From Raillietiella orientalis (taxonomy: Eukaryota): a stretch of DNA of 64,000 nt. Each line of letters starts with the position of its first letter. Position 1 is the stretch's first letter. The notes under the pieces are model-generated. The model saw only the letters and a list, made by a program, of their open reading frames with translations, had not been told where the DNA came from and made no database searches. This document shows positions 23,231-37,380 of the stretch, one piece after another. The DNA lies in the NCBI GenBank assembly GCA_036172245.1, contig JAYWIR010000043.1:806001-870000 (forward strand), written 5' to 3'. The position numbers were made by a program, and so were the translations under genes.

Positions 23231-24399
23231 CAGACTCTGCCTGTTCGGAACCGCGCCCGTTCCGTCGCTCGCCTCGTCCTCTAACCCGGCTGTTCTCTCG
23301 CAGAGTTTCGCTAAAGAAGAGGAGGGGAAAAGCGAGGAAAGGCAAGAAGCGAGCCAGCGTGACCTGGATGCGCGGGCAAGGCCTCCCGGAATTCAGAAGG
23401 GATTGCTTTTCTCCCGAACCAAAGATCTCTTCAGGTGGGGCTGATTGAACCACGCTTCCTCGATGAAGGTACTTCACTGGTACTCGGTCGTCAGCCTCCT
23501 CCTTCCCTGCCTTCCTTCCTCGAAGAGTGCTTCTGAAGACTCTGATTCTGCCGGACCGAAGAGCCTGTTTTTCCTGTTCGCTTTGGTGTTTTTCAAGCAC
23601 TACCAGGACCTGGGGGAGGGGGGAGGAAGCGGAAGGTTCCCGAATCCTTTTTCTCGAGCGTTTAGCCTACAGGCGACGTCTCACCAGTAAACACGAGGAG
23701 CCCCTCTCCCGATACTGCATGCTGTGCAGCCAGATAAGAAGATGCGCTCGCTTAATTACGGGATTTCGTAAGTTTCGAAGCCGCGCAGTGTGCGCGCGTG
23801 TACTTTCAGGAAGGGTCGGGATTGTGCAACGTCCCGCGTCGGGACTCGCATCCACCGACGACAGGGAGCCCCGTCGACTCCTTCTCCGCTCCCCTCCGCC
23901 TCCTCCCGTTGTGGAAGAGCGGAAGGAGGATGCGCCGGAAGATTCGCCCCCGCTGCGGTGATCCTCTGCCGCGGCGAGGACGAACGCGGAGCCTCTCCAC
24001 CGCTGGATTGGGAGTATCGGTGGACCTTCCTCCGGGAGAGGCGGATCGGTTCCACGGAGAGCGAGGGTTCGCCAACGTCTCTCCCTTCCCTCATCTCCGG
24101 AGCAGATTCGACTCGAGGAGGCGAGAAGGCTCATTCGCGGCTCGGAAGGCGCCAGCCGTGCTGAGCGCAGCGGGCGATCCCGCGCCACTTCGCAGAGGCA
24201 AGCAGCGTGCTCCCGGCAGGAAGCGGAACCACAGCAGATCTGGGAGGCTGCTCTTCTCCTTCGGCGCAGGCGTCGTCTCCAGACGAGGACGCGACCCTCG
24301 AGGAGAAGCTTTCAGGAGCGGGATCGGCGATGCAGGAACACGAGGTGCGGCGTGGAAGAAGATGGTTTATTCCCTGCTTTTCTTCATGATCCGCCGAGG

Positions 24400-27300
24400 G
24401 AAGAAGAGGAACAGATGCAAAGGCATATTTCCGAGATGAGAGTTCCGGGGAGAGTCCCGCATATTCCGGGAGCGTTCTCCTTCCCCCTTCCTCTTCCTCC
24501 TCCTCCTCTCTTTCTCTTCCTCATGCTGCGGTGCCGCCTCACGTAGTCGTCGCCCTCTTCCGCAGAGGTTCACTATGCTATCCTCGCGGAAGACGAGGTC
24601 CTTGTGAAGCGAGCGGAGGATTTCTCTGGCATTGAGAAAAGCAGGAGGGGCTGTCTGCAGCTGCCCTCGTGTCCTCGTGATTTTACATTTCATTGTGGGC
24701 CTTCCTGTCTGCTTCCATTCGAGTAGCTGCTGCTGCTGTTCGTACATTGGCGCTTAGCAACATGGAAGGTTTCGTCTGGAATCTTCCTTTCCCTTTCCAG
24801 AAGTTCCTCGATCATCAGCGCTCTGGGCTCTGAGAAGGAGCTCTGGGCTCTAGTCTCCCTCCAGGAGCCGCCCCGTTCCTTCATTCCTCCCCTTTTCCAC
24901 GGATGTGCGGCCAAGCCTTTCACGACGAAGGGATAGGGGGAGTTGGTTGGACGTCCTTTGGAACTCTGACAACCCATCCGCGTCGCCCTATCTCTTCTGG
25001 AATGCTCTGCTGCTGCTGCTCACCAAGAGATGTGGACCCGCTGTGAAGGCTACGAGCCTCTATTGACAGTTCCCAGCCGCGATCGCCGAACGTCTCCTGG
25101 GACGAAGCGTTCCTTTTTGTCATCTACAGGCCAGGTGATTGCCAGGTTGCCAGAGGCAGCAGCTTTTTTTTCCCGCCTCCTCGCTTTCCCCCAGATGTCT
25201 GAACCGGTACTCGGCGCGCGCAAGGGGGTGAAGTCGGTTCTGTTGGTACCCGACGTCCTCCCCAAAGAGCTACCGGATGTGCCGCGGAGGTTTCCGAACG
25301 GTTTGGCCCGGCGCGCGAAGCAGGAGGGAAATCCTTCGAGACCGGGATCCTTATCGAAGACTCCAAGGGAAGGCGCGTCACCAGGGAGTCGTATCTGAAG
25401 CAGATTTTTATCTCGAAATGCAGCCGGAAAATTCAGATAAGGAGCAGGTGAAGTGCTGTAGAAAGTATCTGCCGTGGCTAAAGAGAAAAAAGGGGAGAGA
25501 AGGAGGAGGAGGAATCCAGCGTGGGAGAGCTATTTGCGCCGAACAAGGAAGGCGGGAGCTGAGATCCACCCTCCGAAATCTGAAGGTGGTCCTCCTTTCT
25601 CTGTGCCGTTCTGTGCCGCCGTCTTCAGCGGGTTCGCCCGTTCGCACCCTCTCCGCCTCCGGCTCGACCTCCCGTTCCCGTATCAGGGCGGGAAGCTTTC
25701 CGATGCTTCCCCCGTGATAGCGGCGGAAGGTGCAGATGGTTGGCGCTCACGCACACGCGAGGAGGGAATGGGGAAAGAGAAAGAGCGGAAGGCCTTCGCG
25801 ACGGTCAATCGGGAAAGGGGGGTCAAACCAGCTGAGAGGCAGCCAACCCTGGGTCACACAGGCAGGTGTCGCTGCGTTCAAAGCACCTGCCGACCGGCGC
25901 GTTTGCCAGAGGGAAGCCACTGCTTCCCCTCTCTCGGCCACCCCCATGCGTTGTTGCTCCCGGTCTCCCTCCAATCACGAGCGCTGATCTGGACGCTTCG
26001 AGCTCTGGAAGCGCCAGAAAGGGGAGGCCTTCGTCTGCAGGAGCGTCAGCGAGTCGCAGCGTCCCGAGGAGTGCGTGTTCTGGACCTCACAAGTGAGGGA
26101 TCTCGGGTAGGGACATTCTTGCAAGGGATATTCTCGCCTCCTCGCCCTTCTACCTTCTCTTCCCTCCGGCGTCGAGGGATCCTGGCACGTTCCGCCAGGG
26201 AGGCTTCTGCGGGCGTCCGTCGACACCGCCTCTTTGCTGCTTTCGGGAGGCGGTGCGTCTTATTCCTCCCCCGGAAAGGGGGACCTTTCCGTCCACACAA
26301 ACATTCCTACGCCGCTCCCTGGTTTATCTTCTTCCACCTAAAAATTTGCTGCCACCAAAGGAAGCGGCGGGCATGCTGCTGAGCCGGATCGGGAGGAGGT
26401 GAATCAGAGTCAAGAAAGTCAGCAATGGACTTCGTCCCTTGGGCTCGTTCGCATGCCTTTGACCAAGAGAGAACGAAGCGCGGTTAGCCCTAGGGGTAAG
26501 GGAACGAGAAGAAAGGATCCAGCTCGGTAAGCGGCGCGTTAGTCAACGGAAGTGTTCTGCGGCCACGAAAGAGGCTACTTTTCTCGATGGCCGCCTGAAG
26601 AGGCGTCTTCAAGTGGATAGATGCTGAGAAACAGGATAGATGGACTCGGCAGCAAGGCTATGAATGCGATCGTCAGTAGCACGTTGACCTCGGCATCCCG
26701 GGACCGACCATTCCCTTTTCTTGCTCCTCCATCCACAGGAGTCCCGGTGCGTTTGAAAAACTGACCTGAGCTCCAAGCTCAGTCCAGCGGGCTTCCCTGA
26801 AGATATGTGTGTCTCTTTCCCTCCCCCCCCCAGAAGCTCCATTCTGATGTAGACGGGCGCAAACTCCTGTTCCTGACCATTTACCCGCTAGCAGTGAATC
26901 GCTGCTCGTCTTTGCGCACCTGATGGCATCCGATGGGTGGCGAACGGCAGACCAGCCTGCTTGAATGGCGAGCCTTCGGAAAGCAGACTTCTTGGTGATT
27001 CTCTTTATCTTCTCTGGATTTTCAGGTTGAGATGCCCTTTCTACATCCTCTCCAAATGTGTCTAAATTTTGCTTTGTTTATCTACATTCCATAATGCACA
27101 CCAAAGTCAAGATGATGACGAATCAAGAAGCAGAGAATTCAAAGACAAAAATAACTTGGAGATACAGGTCTGCTGCATTATAGGTCTGCTCTATTGACTT
27201 GCATCTTGAAAAAAATGCTATAATTATCTAATATTTTATCTCACGAGCGTCTTACCGAATATGAAGACATCTATCATAATGTTATGACTGTTCTCAAAGT

Positions 27301-28290
27301 TAATTTTTCCTTCATGTTTTCAAGTTGTGTCTAATCTTTCTTCCTCAGTTCGACAGTAAAAAGTTTTGCTCACTGGAGTATCGGGGTCGAAACCATGGAT
27401 CCCCCCACCAATGGATTATGATCTTCGTTTGCCTGGAGGCAGCCTCTCTTGGTTCCATATTTTTCGTGAGGCTGCTCAGATGAGCGAGCTCTGTGAGCAT
27501 CTGAGCAATCAGCTCTTCTCTCCTTCCTTGGTCTGTGAGCTTTCCTCTCCCGGATTTTCCACTCACCGGTTCCTTGCATACTCCCGACATCTCATCGGTT
27601 CGGGACGTCTCCTCGCCTTCCTTCGACACCGAGTCCCTGCGTTCAGGCGTTTTTCAGCCCAACCTTAGGATCACTAAGACATTAGGCCCTCCGAAAGCGG
27701 CCGTTCCCGTTATTACTTCTCCGGAAACTCCTCCATCCACTGAAGAGACCCCTCAGCATTTTGGCGGGTCGAGCATCCGGTGGTTCTTTGGGGCCGACTC
27801 CTGCATCTGTCGGTAAATGACCTCGGCGTTCCCTTCCCGCTTCTTGATCTCCAAGTTATTCATTCCTCGAAGATCACTCGTGTTCCAATCGTAAAGAAAC
27901 ATCTGGGGTCTCTAGCGAAGGTTGCAGTTGTCTAGCGGCATTTTTTCCAGATCCTTATTTACCTGCTTCTCCTAGTCAATGGAGGCGACTGACGTTTTAA
28001 AGCTCCTGAAGACCACTTCCTTCTTTCCGGCGTATGCTGGACCATTAACAGCACTGCTTGTCTTTAGCTTCTTTGTGGGTTGGAAGCAATGACAAAAATC
28101 AGCAACCTCATAATGTCGGTGGGATGCTCTGGATAATACGGACCTTGTTCCGGAAAGCATTCGAGGCGGCGCTCTTAGTGGAATCTCCGATTGTCTAAAG
28201 GACCAAACGCCGAAACATAGGATCCGAGTTCTAAAGCGAGGGGAGGGGCGGGTATAAGCTGCTGAAGAATCCCGTGTGCACATTCAATTT
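24400..28290 (-). mobile_element. Decayed Ty3/Gypsy retrotransposon pol (PR-RT-RH-INT order), interrupted by an AT-rich insert at about 27.0-27.35 kb
   Basis: Collinear minus-strand motifs: CTRDSSAAYT (protease DSG-like), EELIAQMLTELAHLSS...GDPWFRPRY (pre-RT), KPAGLSLELRSVFQTHRD...ATDDRIH (PFGL..FQR.MD / YxDD), LLQTKASPF (TDAS), FEIK...DSLVTRLP, SLHSGSTSLG and GCQSSK...LAAHPWKR (integrase). Confidence 0.7.
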
Positions 28291-30169
28291 CGAGGGAGGT
28301 GACATCTCACTGATCTTCGGGGCAGCGGGGCTCGCAGGGTTTCGTTTTCTCAAGATGAGCCTCTCGAGATCTCGACACGGAGAGGAGAGCTGTAGGATTC
28401 ATATGCGGGGCTGGAGAGCTGCTTTCCAAGAAAGTCGAGCCGGAGACCGTTCATAGACGGCGAAGACGGGCCATTGGAGTTCACCAGGGCAACGAACAGA
28501 ATGTGTCTGAAGAGCGAAACTCAGCTACCGGAAGTCAGGATTACTCAGTATCTGAAAGGAGCCGGGAGAACTGAACTTTGAAAACGGTCAGCAGAAGGTG
28601 GTCTCGAGACAAGTTGGTTCATGAGTCGGTCGGCCACCAGTGATGTCCTACGAATAAAAAAAAAAACGAAAAAAAACAAAAAAACAAAGGGGACTCAACT
28701 AGTCAGCGATGTAGAAAACTCTGACTTCAGTCTGTAGCGCAGGCAAGGATCTTGAAGGATGCGAGGGGAAGCAGACCAGAAAGGGGAAACCATCTGATGT
28801 CCAGGTTGGAGAGGATATAAGAGCGACCTTTTCGGGAGCGCTCTCGGCACGAACGGGCGGCGCGTGCATTTGATGCAGCAATGAGGTGATGATAGGACCT
28901 GGTAGGGGGACGCAGGTGAATGCTGGAATCATGGAGATGCCTTCAATTACAAGGACAAAACCGGAACTACTGCGGCATGCACTTCTTCTACTATAGTCGA
29001 AGATATCTCTGAGAAGCAAGCCGTTGAGAGGGGTTCAGCTGCAAATTTCCGTACAGCAGCAGCCGCTTTCAAAGATTCTGACGCCATCGGTCGTGACTGG
29101 TGCCGAGGTAATCATGCTGAGACGACAAGTTACAGCGTTTCTTCCCCATCGGTAGGCTCTGGCGATCTCATTCAAGCCATTGCGCTCAACAGTTGTTCCT
29201 CAAATCAAGCGAAGCTGCTGACCTGGTCGACTCTCAGGGCCTCCGTATTAGCGGGCTTTGCATGGTTCCTTCTGGTCCTGCCTACGTCTTTCGTGGAAAA
29301 GTGAGCTGCTGTTTTCGCTTAGGCACTGAGGACTTCCGGTCCAGCACTGCGATCTTCTTTGAATTTCAATTTCCTAATTCACTGACCCCAAATGAGAACG
29401 TGTGCACAGCAGCGCATGGAGGAGTCATCCTAGCTCCTCATTTGTCAGCAGAATCCCGTGGAAACCGAAGATGCGGGGAGGAAGTTCGTGTCAGTGGCGG
29501 GAAGATTCAGTTCCTCTCAATTCGTGAGTAGCGAGGATTCCGAACGGATTTTTGTTCTTTGGTCCTTCGTGTTTTCCAATGAGCTAAATAAATCAGTTGG
29601 AGAGGAGAGGGAAGATTCAAGGTCAGAACACTCAACATTGCACTTGCACACTCCACATCTTCATTTGTTCTTGCTTTTTTGAAAGGCAGATGTACAGTCG
29701 TTTTATCACTGAATGATAAACATCTTAAGCAATCTCCTCATCTCTCAATCTCTGTTTGTCAGGCACCTGTGCGTGGCAACAGATTCATTGTGCTTTATTT
29801 CTGTAAACGTCCGGCTGATTTGTCAGTTCCGTCACGTCTTCCTGATGGATTCCAGTCCGTAAGGACTCCGGGTGCTACATGCATGTTGCGAGAGTTATGA
29901 GGTCGACCCGCAGACTTATGTCTCACCTGAACGGTGGTTCGCTGTAGCCCTTGGAGAAGACAATATAAACACAGAAGAGGGAAGCAAGAAGGAAGTAAGG
30001 AAGTTGTTGTGGAAACTCAGGTAAGAGATTCATTCCAATTCATTCATACAGCGCTTTGGGATGCTGTTCGTAGATCGAGTAAGGTTGCGATGGAGGATGC
30101 TGCCATTCCTTGCAGCTTCGGCTTGGGCAGACAAACTATGCTTTGAGGGCAATGAGAGTTGTTTCTGGA

Positions 30170-31450
30170 GGTGCTTCTAAAAAGTTAGTTGCCACTTTTT
30201 CCGTCCACACCAGATGCTACTGTCCGACGGCTCTATTCTGCCGACAAAAAACAAAATGATGCATGCTGAATCAATCATCTCAGCATTTAGCTGTGCTGGA
30301 TGTGCCTCAGACATGTGCCGAGAGGTGCCGTCTAAAGGACGTGGAAGGCTTTTTCGCGGCGAAGCGCCTTGCTGGTGATGGATGGCGATTAACCACAAAC
30401 AATTGCACATCCCAGGTAATCCTTTCTACATTCCTATTTTATACTGCTACTTGAAAGGGCACTGCAAGTTTTTCCGATCGATATGTTTCCTGGCTCTCGA
30501 TTTCTTCCGATTGCCGGCAATAATTCTATCGAACGACTTCTGGTGGCTCCTCCGAGATTCGGATTCCCGACCATCTTTGGTTCTTTACAAGGATTTGAGC
30601 TTCTGGAGACCGAAACTGCTTGAGGACTTTACGTGAGATCATGATTGACCGTCATGTGCAAAAACTGTTCCGAATGTGGGCGTAACGTATGAACCACTTG
30701 ACATCTCTCATGACCCAGTCAGAGTCGACGGATTTGATTGTGAATAGCATTTCATTTCAAGCATCCATCAAGCTTTGTTCCTATGTAAGATAAAAATAAG
30801 ATTCAGGCTTTCAAATTACATCCCATGCCGTGTGATCGGCATGGAGCAGTTTTTAGAGCCTGAACACCTGAAACCTAGAAGGTTTTTTGAGGTCTCAGTC
30901 ATCCAGCCGAACACATTCTGCGGCCTCCCCGCTTGAGAGGAAAGTTGCGGTCTGTTAATATGTAAGTGACTGGACTATGTTGTTGTTTCACTCCAAGAAT
31001 GCCTCTGGAAGTCTTCTGCTGAAATTTGCAGGAGCACAGTTCTCCAGAGCAGGCTCCAATCATTTCAGGATTCATCTAGGACACGCAACCCTTCGAGCTA
31101 CCTCTTTGGCCGCCTCTTTTTTTCCTCTTTGTGCGCCACTCTTGAGCTTTTTTCTGGAGTGCATGCATTGGAAAGGAACAAGGATTCAATCGGTTCTTGG
31201 CGTCTGCTCTGAAAATTTAGGCATGGAGTCCTGGTCTCTGGATTTTCAGGACCTTCTGCACGTTTCGCACGGTCAGTAAGGGGGATGCCTTCCGCCTCTC
31301 ATCTGAAACGAGGCAAAACGCCTTCCGTCCCGTTTCCGCATTAACTCGGTGCTTCCGGTTGCATGATCTTCTAGAAGCTACCTGCACACTATGAACCGAA
31401 AAGCTCTTTCCAGCTAAGACTCTTCAGTAAGGGTGGCTTCCAGAAAGCTG
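30170..31450 (-). mobile_element. Decayed Ty3/Gypsy integrase fragment with part of RNase H
   Basis: Minus strand gives DWVMRDVKWFIRY (W..M..DV..FI..C), FDRIIAG...HIDR, AIHHQQGASPRK (YHPQ.NG..ER) and IILFFVGR (SPF.L.FGR). Confidence 0.55.
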
Positions 31451-32359
31451 GCTGTTGCAAAGGACGAGAAACGTTGCAGTCCTTTTACTCATCACAATGA
31501 TGAACCACAGTCGCTACGGAATGCACCCACTTCAGATCAGCAAAGTCAAACCGTAGTGACGAGCGTTGCTATGAATCTCTGCTATCGAAGATAGTAAGCA
31601 TAATGGTTATTTCAGGAAGTTATGCAGACGGGCTGGCTGCCTTTTTTCTGATTATAATCGTTATTCAGCCCAACCGTTACATGCTACATATCAAATTGAG
31701 ACGGCGACCGCATTCCGCGTTGATATTCATAAAGACCAAGGTTACCTTTTCCCCTTTTTCTCTAGCGCGTTTCCTCTAGAGAATATGGATGAAAAGAACG
31801 AAGAAAAGCACTTCAGGATCATTTCAGTTTCAGAGAAGATGCAATAAGTCACTGCCTTCTGCTCCTCATAACCAAGAATTCGTCACGCCTGCGTTCGTTG
31901 CAAGGAAGTCCCGCTTTTGCCATGTTCCTTGTTTTCTCTTTTTGGCATTCGATCCACATTAAGACATTCCTCAGGAGCCGTTCCTAAGGATTTTCCAAGG
32001 AAGCAGAAAGAACTAAAACACTCGTCACCGGCGCAAGGACATTTTTTTCTAATCCTCCAGTTCCATCGCTTTGGTGTACGAAGAGAAGAAAGGAAGAGGA
32101 GAGAGACCGCAGAAAACAAGCGTATGCACCAGGGAGGCGACTTGGGCCGCTACTTGCCTACGAAGGTCAAGCTAAAGCAATGGGTGCGAGAGAGAAAGGA
32201 GACAAGCATGCCTTTGGGGTGACGGGAGGCAAGGGGGGTCCGTCGCAAAATCCCAAACGCGGTGAAGATAAGACTGAAGGATGCTCTGCAACCAGAGCTA
32301 TGCTTCAAGGTTCAGAGACAGAACTGTTGAGTGCATGTGAGCGGCAAGTTGGAGAGCTA

Positions 32360-32452
32360 CTCGCCGTAGCTTATATGGAATCTGAGAGGCCCAGGACCTG
32401 GAGGCCAGCTTACTTATCCTCGTAGCAGTGCATGGGTTCGAATCCTGCTCCT
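32360..32452 (+). pseudogene. Degenerate tRNA-like sequence (tRNA pseudogene or tRNA-SINE head)
   Basis: A-box-like TAGCTTATATGG (32367-32378) and perfect B-box GGTTCGAATCC (32435-32445), with spacing like a long-variable-arm Leu/Ser tRNA. No clean acceptor stem or anticodon arm. Confidence 0.35.
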
Positions 32453-32999
32453 TCTCACGAGATGAAGACCTTTCTCGGCACAGCAGAGGGGCAGCTGGGA
32501 ATGCGGCAACATGGTGGATCTTCGAATCCGTCCAGTCCGTCGTTCATGGAGGTCCCTGGAGTGCGCAATCATCGTGAGGCGAGACTCTCCATCACCCTCT
32601 CTGATTGCCTCCGATGTATTTCGGCTCCCTTGAGCTCGGATTCGCTAAGGGGACCATCTGAAATGGACGTTCCTACGAGCGGAGCAGCCTCCTTTCCTTC
32701 GAAGTGCGCTGGACCGAGGGATGGTGGCACAGCAGCAACACTCCGGGCTCTGTCGGACAGTACGGTCTCTGAGCAGTCCTGGACGCAGCACGGCGCGGGG
32801 AAAGTGAAAGTGGAAGGACCTGGGCCACGGCCGCGAGGAATCGGACCGGAAGAAAGACGGGAATCACCTCAGCGCACAGAGTGCAAGATCTTCATCTTGG
32901 GAAGAGAGGAGAGACGCGCAGAGACGCCCATTGGGACTCTCTCACTTCCCTCTGTGCGGCGTACTCAACGGCTGGAAAGTTCTCGTTGGCTTCTGAGCC

Positions 33000-34300
33000 A
33001 TGAAGATGAAACATCTCGGTCTTCTCTGCCCTCATCTGTCGCATGGACCACCCATCTCCATCACTCTCTGCTGATTCCTCACCGCCAGTCCTGGAAACTC
33101 GAGAGCTTTAATCGAAGCATCTTTAGCATCCGAGTTTTCCGCCTTACTTCCATGACCGTTTCCTTCCTCCTACTGCTTTGGGAGAACGCTTGCCATCCAG
33201 TTCTGGAGGATGGACACGGAAAGAGTGTGCTGGACCGCAGACTGGAGAAGAGAGTATTCGAGAAGCTGCACCGCAGATGTTCGAATACGAGGCGCGAACC
33301 TCTGCTGGAATTCGAGATGCCTGTTGAGTCTTGCATCCTGAAGTCTCTCTCCTCACATGTCTCTAGGACTTCCAAACTCTCCCATCAGTTAGCATCTCTC
33401 TTTGGTTGGCTCCCTAAAAAAAGTTCGGAAGACGAGATCGCTTGTTCTGAAAGATGCAGCTTCGTGGATTACGCTTGCCTTCGATAGCCACTCCCCGCAG
33501 TTAGAGAAACGCACTAGGCGAAATCTCTCTGAGCCTTCCCTCCTCCCGCCTTAATTTTGTGCGTGCACTTGTTGCTGCACGTCAGCACGCTCGTAGGTCG
33601 GGAGGCTGTTGAAAATGAAGACGGAATTTTTTCCGAGAACCCGTCTTCTCAGCCTCCGGGCAATTCCACCAGCATTCTCAATTCGGCCTTTCTCTGCCTT
33701 TCGCGGTCGCTGAAGGCTGGTACTTTGCAGGCTTCCAAGACTCTGGACTCCGCCTGAAGCCATTTTCATCTGCTCCACCGTTAGGGATTCCAAGAGGCTT
33801 CTCTCGGAGTTCTCACTCTGCCCCGTTCCGTCCTACTGAGATCCGTGCTGGCTCTTCCAAAGCATCCCTCGCAAAACATCACGTGGACGGAGAGCGAATG
33901 CAGGAGCAGACGACGCTTAGGAGTGATGCTGGGAAGCGGCAGGCAGGAAACTCGAACGTTTCCCCCTACCCACTCCCTCCAAATGGGGAAAGGGGTAGCT
34001 GCGAAAGCGCATGCGAGCACAGGAGCACGAGCTGTGGATTTCGCGTTCATATGCCACATGAGCGCAACGTTCAGTGTGAGCTGATGTCTCCTCAGGACTG
34101 TGACTGGCGCTGGTTTCAAGTTGCAGAAGAACCGGACGCCGCCACCCTACCTTGAGGGGACTAACCCCTTCCTTGACCGAATTCAGCGTTTCACAAACGA
34201 GCCACTCGCGACTCGCCACCACACACACCTGCAGGCCCTCCATCTACCGATCCGCGAATGCACTGCCCCCACCCATCAGCCTCAATCGCACCACACCCGC
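33000..34300 (+). mobile_element. Decayed LINE reverse transcriptase fragment (Jockey/I/CR1-like)
   Basis: Plus-strand motifs in order: LESFNRSI, WENACHPVLEDGHGK (WK.A.V.PI.K.GK), KRVFEKLHRR, SLLPP*F, NEDGIF...LNSAFLCLSRSL...SKT (ADD region), ITW...RRLGVMLG, then RIQRFTNEPLATR...LQALHLP. Confidence 0.55.
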
Positions 34301-34599
34301 GACTTGCAAGCGGATCAAAGTGCGTCGCTGCCATGCATGGCGCGCTTGTCAGCTTGAAAGCGACGGGACATCCGAGTGCCAACCTTGGCACGCCTGCAAG
34401 AGCGCCAAGGGTGGCGCACTTGGGGTCCGGTGGGCAGATTGAAATGGAAGCGGCAACGGTGCTCGGCACATCTTCATCTGCTTCGTTCTCCAGCAGCCAT
34501 CGAGCTCTCCGTGTTCGTTAGGGACCTCCGGTGACCTCATGCCCTCAAGATGAATCTATACAGTGATCCTCTTCACATCAAAGGAAACTGGAAATCATT

Positions 34600-37380
34600 T
34601 CGGAAGAGGAAGAAAAGGGCGAATTCCTTGTGTTTTCTCCTTCTGCTGCACCATATCCTGAGTTTCACGGGATCTGAACCCATCCTCCGTGTTCCGGTTT
34701 CTGCTCCTGAGAGGGTATCTGCTCTAAAAAAAGGGGAGTTCGAGGATAGAGCGGACTTACTCCCGATCAAGAGAAAATGCCTGGTCGCGGTACCACGGGG
34801 ATACTGCCTATCAACCCGACTGCCACCCAATTCGGATGGACAGAGTGCTGGACCGGGAAGTGGCAGTCCGCGTCCACCACCTCTTCTTTCTGCTCTCCCG
34901 CCTTCCGTTCGCAGTTCGCAGTCCAATGGTGGCGCTTCCAGGTCTTGATGGAAGCCACGGCGAGATGGCGCAGTTTCCTGGAGTGTTTTCATCTTTTGAA
35001 TCTCTCTCCTGAGAGAAGGGCGAACCTTGACTTTTTGGGTGTTTTCATGTCTTCCTTGGGCCCAGCCGAGATGAGAGATTCTATCTGCGAGGGTGGTGAC
35101 GTGCATCGCAGCAAGAAAGAACCTCCTCCGCTTCGAAGGACCGGCTTCTGGAAACTGCACCTGGACCGGAAGCGCATCCCGCGTCCTTATCCGGGAAGCT
35201 GAATAGAATTCCGAGGGGAACGCAGTCGGAGATCGATCTGTAGCTTCCCGTGGACGCTCATGAAGAGAGCTGCTGCCGTGGACGGCGGCACACTCTCAGC
35301 ACCAGAGCTTCTTCCCCAGTGAGTCGCTGCGAGCAACAGGCTTTCCTGATCCCTTTAGGAGGATGATCCCACACTCTTCCTTCCTCCTCCTCTCGTGTAC
35401 TTCATTCAGAATAACCTCATCCCCTGTGGGATCTCTTCCGTTCGTCTCGAGAATATTTTTTTCCAGGATCAAAAATCTTCAGCTTCTGGAGCGCTCTTGG
35501 AAGCTATCGCGAACGCGGCGCCGATTTCTTGTCCTTCCCTCAGTTTTACGAACCCTGATCCCGACCAGTCTCGGAAAGAATATGGTCCAGAAGTGACCTT
35601 CACTCACCTCGAGCTGGTCTTCTCGATCCAGAGAAGCTGAGCTCATGAAGAATCGAGGTTTCGAGAGTTGCATCTCTGACTCTAAGCCGACGGCTTCTGC
35701 TCCAATCAGCGAGAAAGATGTTCGATTCATCTCTTTGCCCAAGGTTGGCTCCAGAATAGGACGCACCTCTGGAAGAGGAGAATCTCCGGAGTCACCTCCT
35801 CCGTGGTCCAGAAGCACTCAGCTTTTGCAACCGACTCGGATAAAAGATGGTCTGCTGGTGCAGAAGATGCTGGGTTCCGGTGGCGTTTTCCATCTAGTGG
35901 GAAGACAGAACTCTCAGGAAACGTCTCCGAGGAAGCGATCCCGACAAGTACAGAGAGGAAGTTCCGAACGCACGATGGCCCCTTCTTCCTGGATGCTCGC
36001 CGGAACCCACGGATTCAGAGGGACATTGCGCGGGTTGCGAAGGAGTTCCGCGTCCTCAGCAGAGGGATAGAGCGCATTGTCGTCCCAGGATCTGTGCTCT
36101 TCGAGAAAAGTCCGTATTTGTTTACTAGGAGAGGATCATGCCTCGAGCAATCCGGAGCTATCCAAATGGATGCCGTCCTCTCCCATTTTTCGAGAACGCC
36201 TGATCCGGTTCACTTGCCCGGGTCCCGAACGAAGATTGGGAACTTCTTGGAGGCTGCGATCCTCAGAGATGAGTGCACATCCTCGGAGATGGCTACATTC
36301 GAATGTTCCGCGCGTTCGCCGTTCCGACTCGAGGGCGCTCGAAAAAACACGCGGGGGGTGCGCCAAGCGGTGGAGATCCTCCGGCAGACGGCGAGCGCGC
36401 CCTCCCGGACGTTTCCGCCGCTCGCCACCCTCGAGGGCGTTCCATGACTGCTCTCGACTGTCGTCGGAGAGCATCTGTGGAGCGCACTCTGGGACCCGGA
36501 AGATGGCTCCTGGCCAAGACGAAGCTGGAGAAAACTCTGATGAAGGTCCGCAGCGATCCCAACGTGCTAGTGGGTCGTAGGAGACTGGGAATGTGGGAGA
36601 AAGGCGAATCGAATCATCTAGAAGATTATGGTTTCCTCCGAAGTTTCCCTCAGGACAGCTGGCGCTCGTCGAAGAAGAAGGTAAGAGGAAAGCCTCATTC
36701 GGTGAAAGGAATGATTCGAGGCCTTGTAGCCGCAATGACCTCGACCTATTCTCGGACTTGAAATGGGCGAGCAGTCCGGCTCGCTTGGACGCTGAAGTTC
36801 GAACCGTCAGATTTATGAGTGCTCAGTGGACCCATTTCGGTAAGCAGATCTGGTGCTGTGGGATGAACCAAACGTCGGAGGATTACGGTACCCGAGCGAC
36901 ACTCGTATGGTCCCGTGAAACTCACCGGTTGCCATGGACAGCAAGCAGTACGCCGGGACCGTGAAAGTCGGAATCCACTTAGGAGTGTGAGGAGACTTAC
37001 CACCCGGAGCAACAGGCCTCCTGTGAGATTTCACAGAAGCAGAATGGTCTTTGCTTCGTTCACAGTCTGCTGCCCTTGTAGGTCTCTCTATAATGAGACT
37101 CAAGTTCCATCCGACCCGAGAGGAAGCTCTCGGGTCGGATGGAACTCCTGCCTGGAATTGCCAAGATCAAAAGGAAAGCCATCGGGTACCATCTGACATA
37201 GGAAATCAGCCTTCCGTGGAACACAGTCCGCTCCGTTGTTGACATTCTCGAGAAATGATATGACCTAGTCCAGTGCCAAATGCTTCCTCTGACCTGATGT
37301 ATTTGGATCAGGAGTCTTTGGGCATTGGAGTTGTCGATAGAGTCCAGTTGTGAGCGAAGGGCTAAGGAACGCAGAGCCAC
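34600..37380 (-). mobile_element. Decayed Ty3/Gypsy retrotransposon pol (RT-RH-INT)
   Basis: Minus strand: HPTAPDLLTEMG, LQGLESFLSP...NLLDDSIRLSPT (YLDD), GAEAVGLE...KPRFFMSSASLDREDQLEVSEGHFWTIFF (RNase H), and ISHLGWAQ...PSLRREIQK...EAPPL...FLLIG (integrase). Confidence 0.7.

Noticed and set aside
23300..30100. LTR pairs, PBS or PPT flanking the Gypsy relics
   Set aside because: No long direct repeats were visible by eye, and the elements are too decayed to delimit.
32432..33487. 351-aa ORF as a host gene
   Set aside because: The N-terminal part is unrecognisable and the C-terminal part carries decayed LINE RT motifs, so it was treated as a relic.
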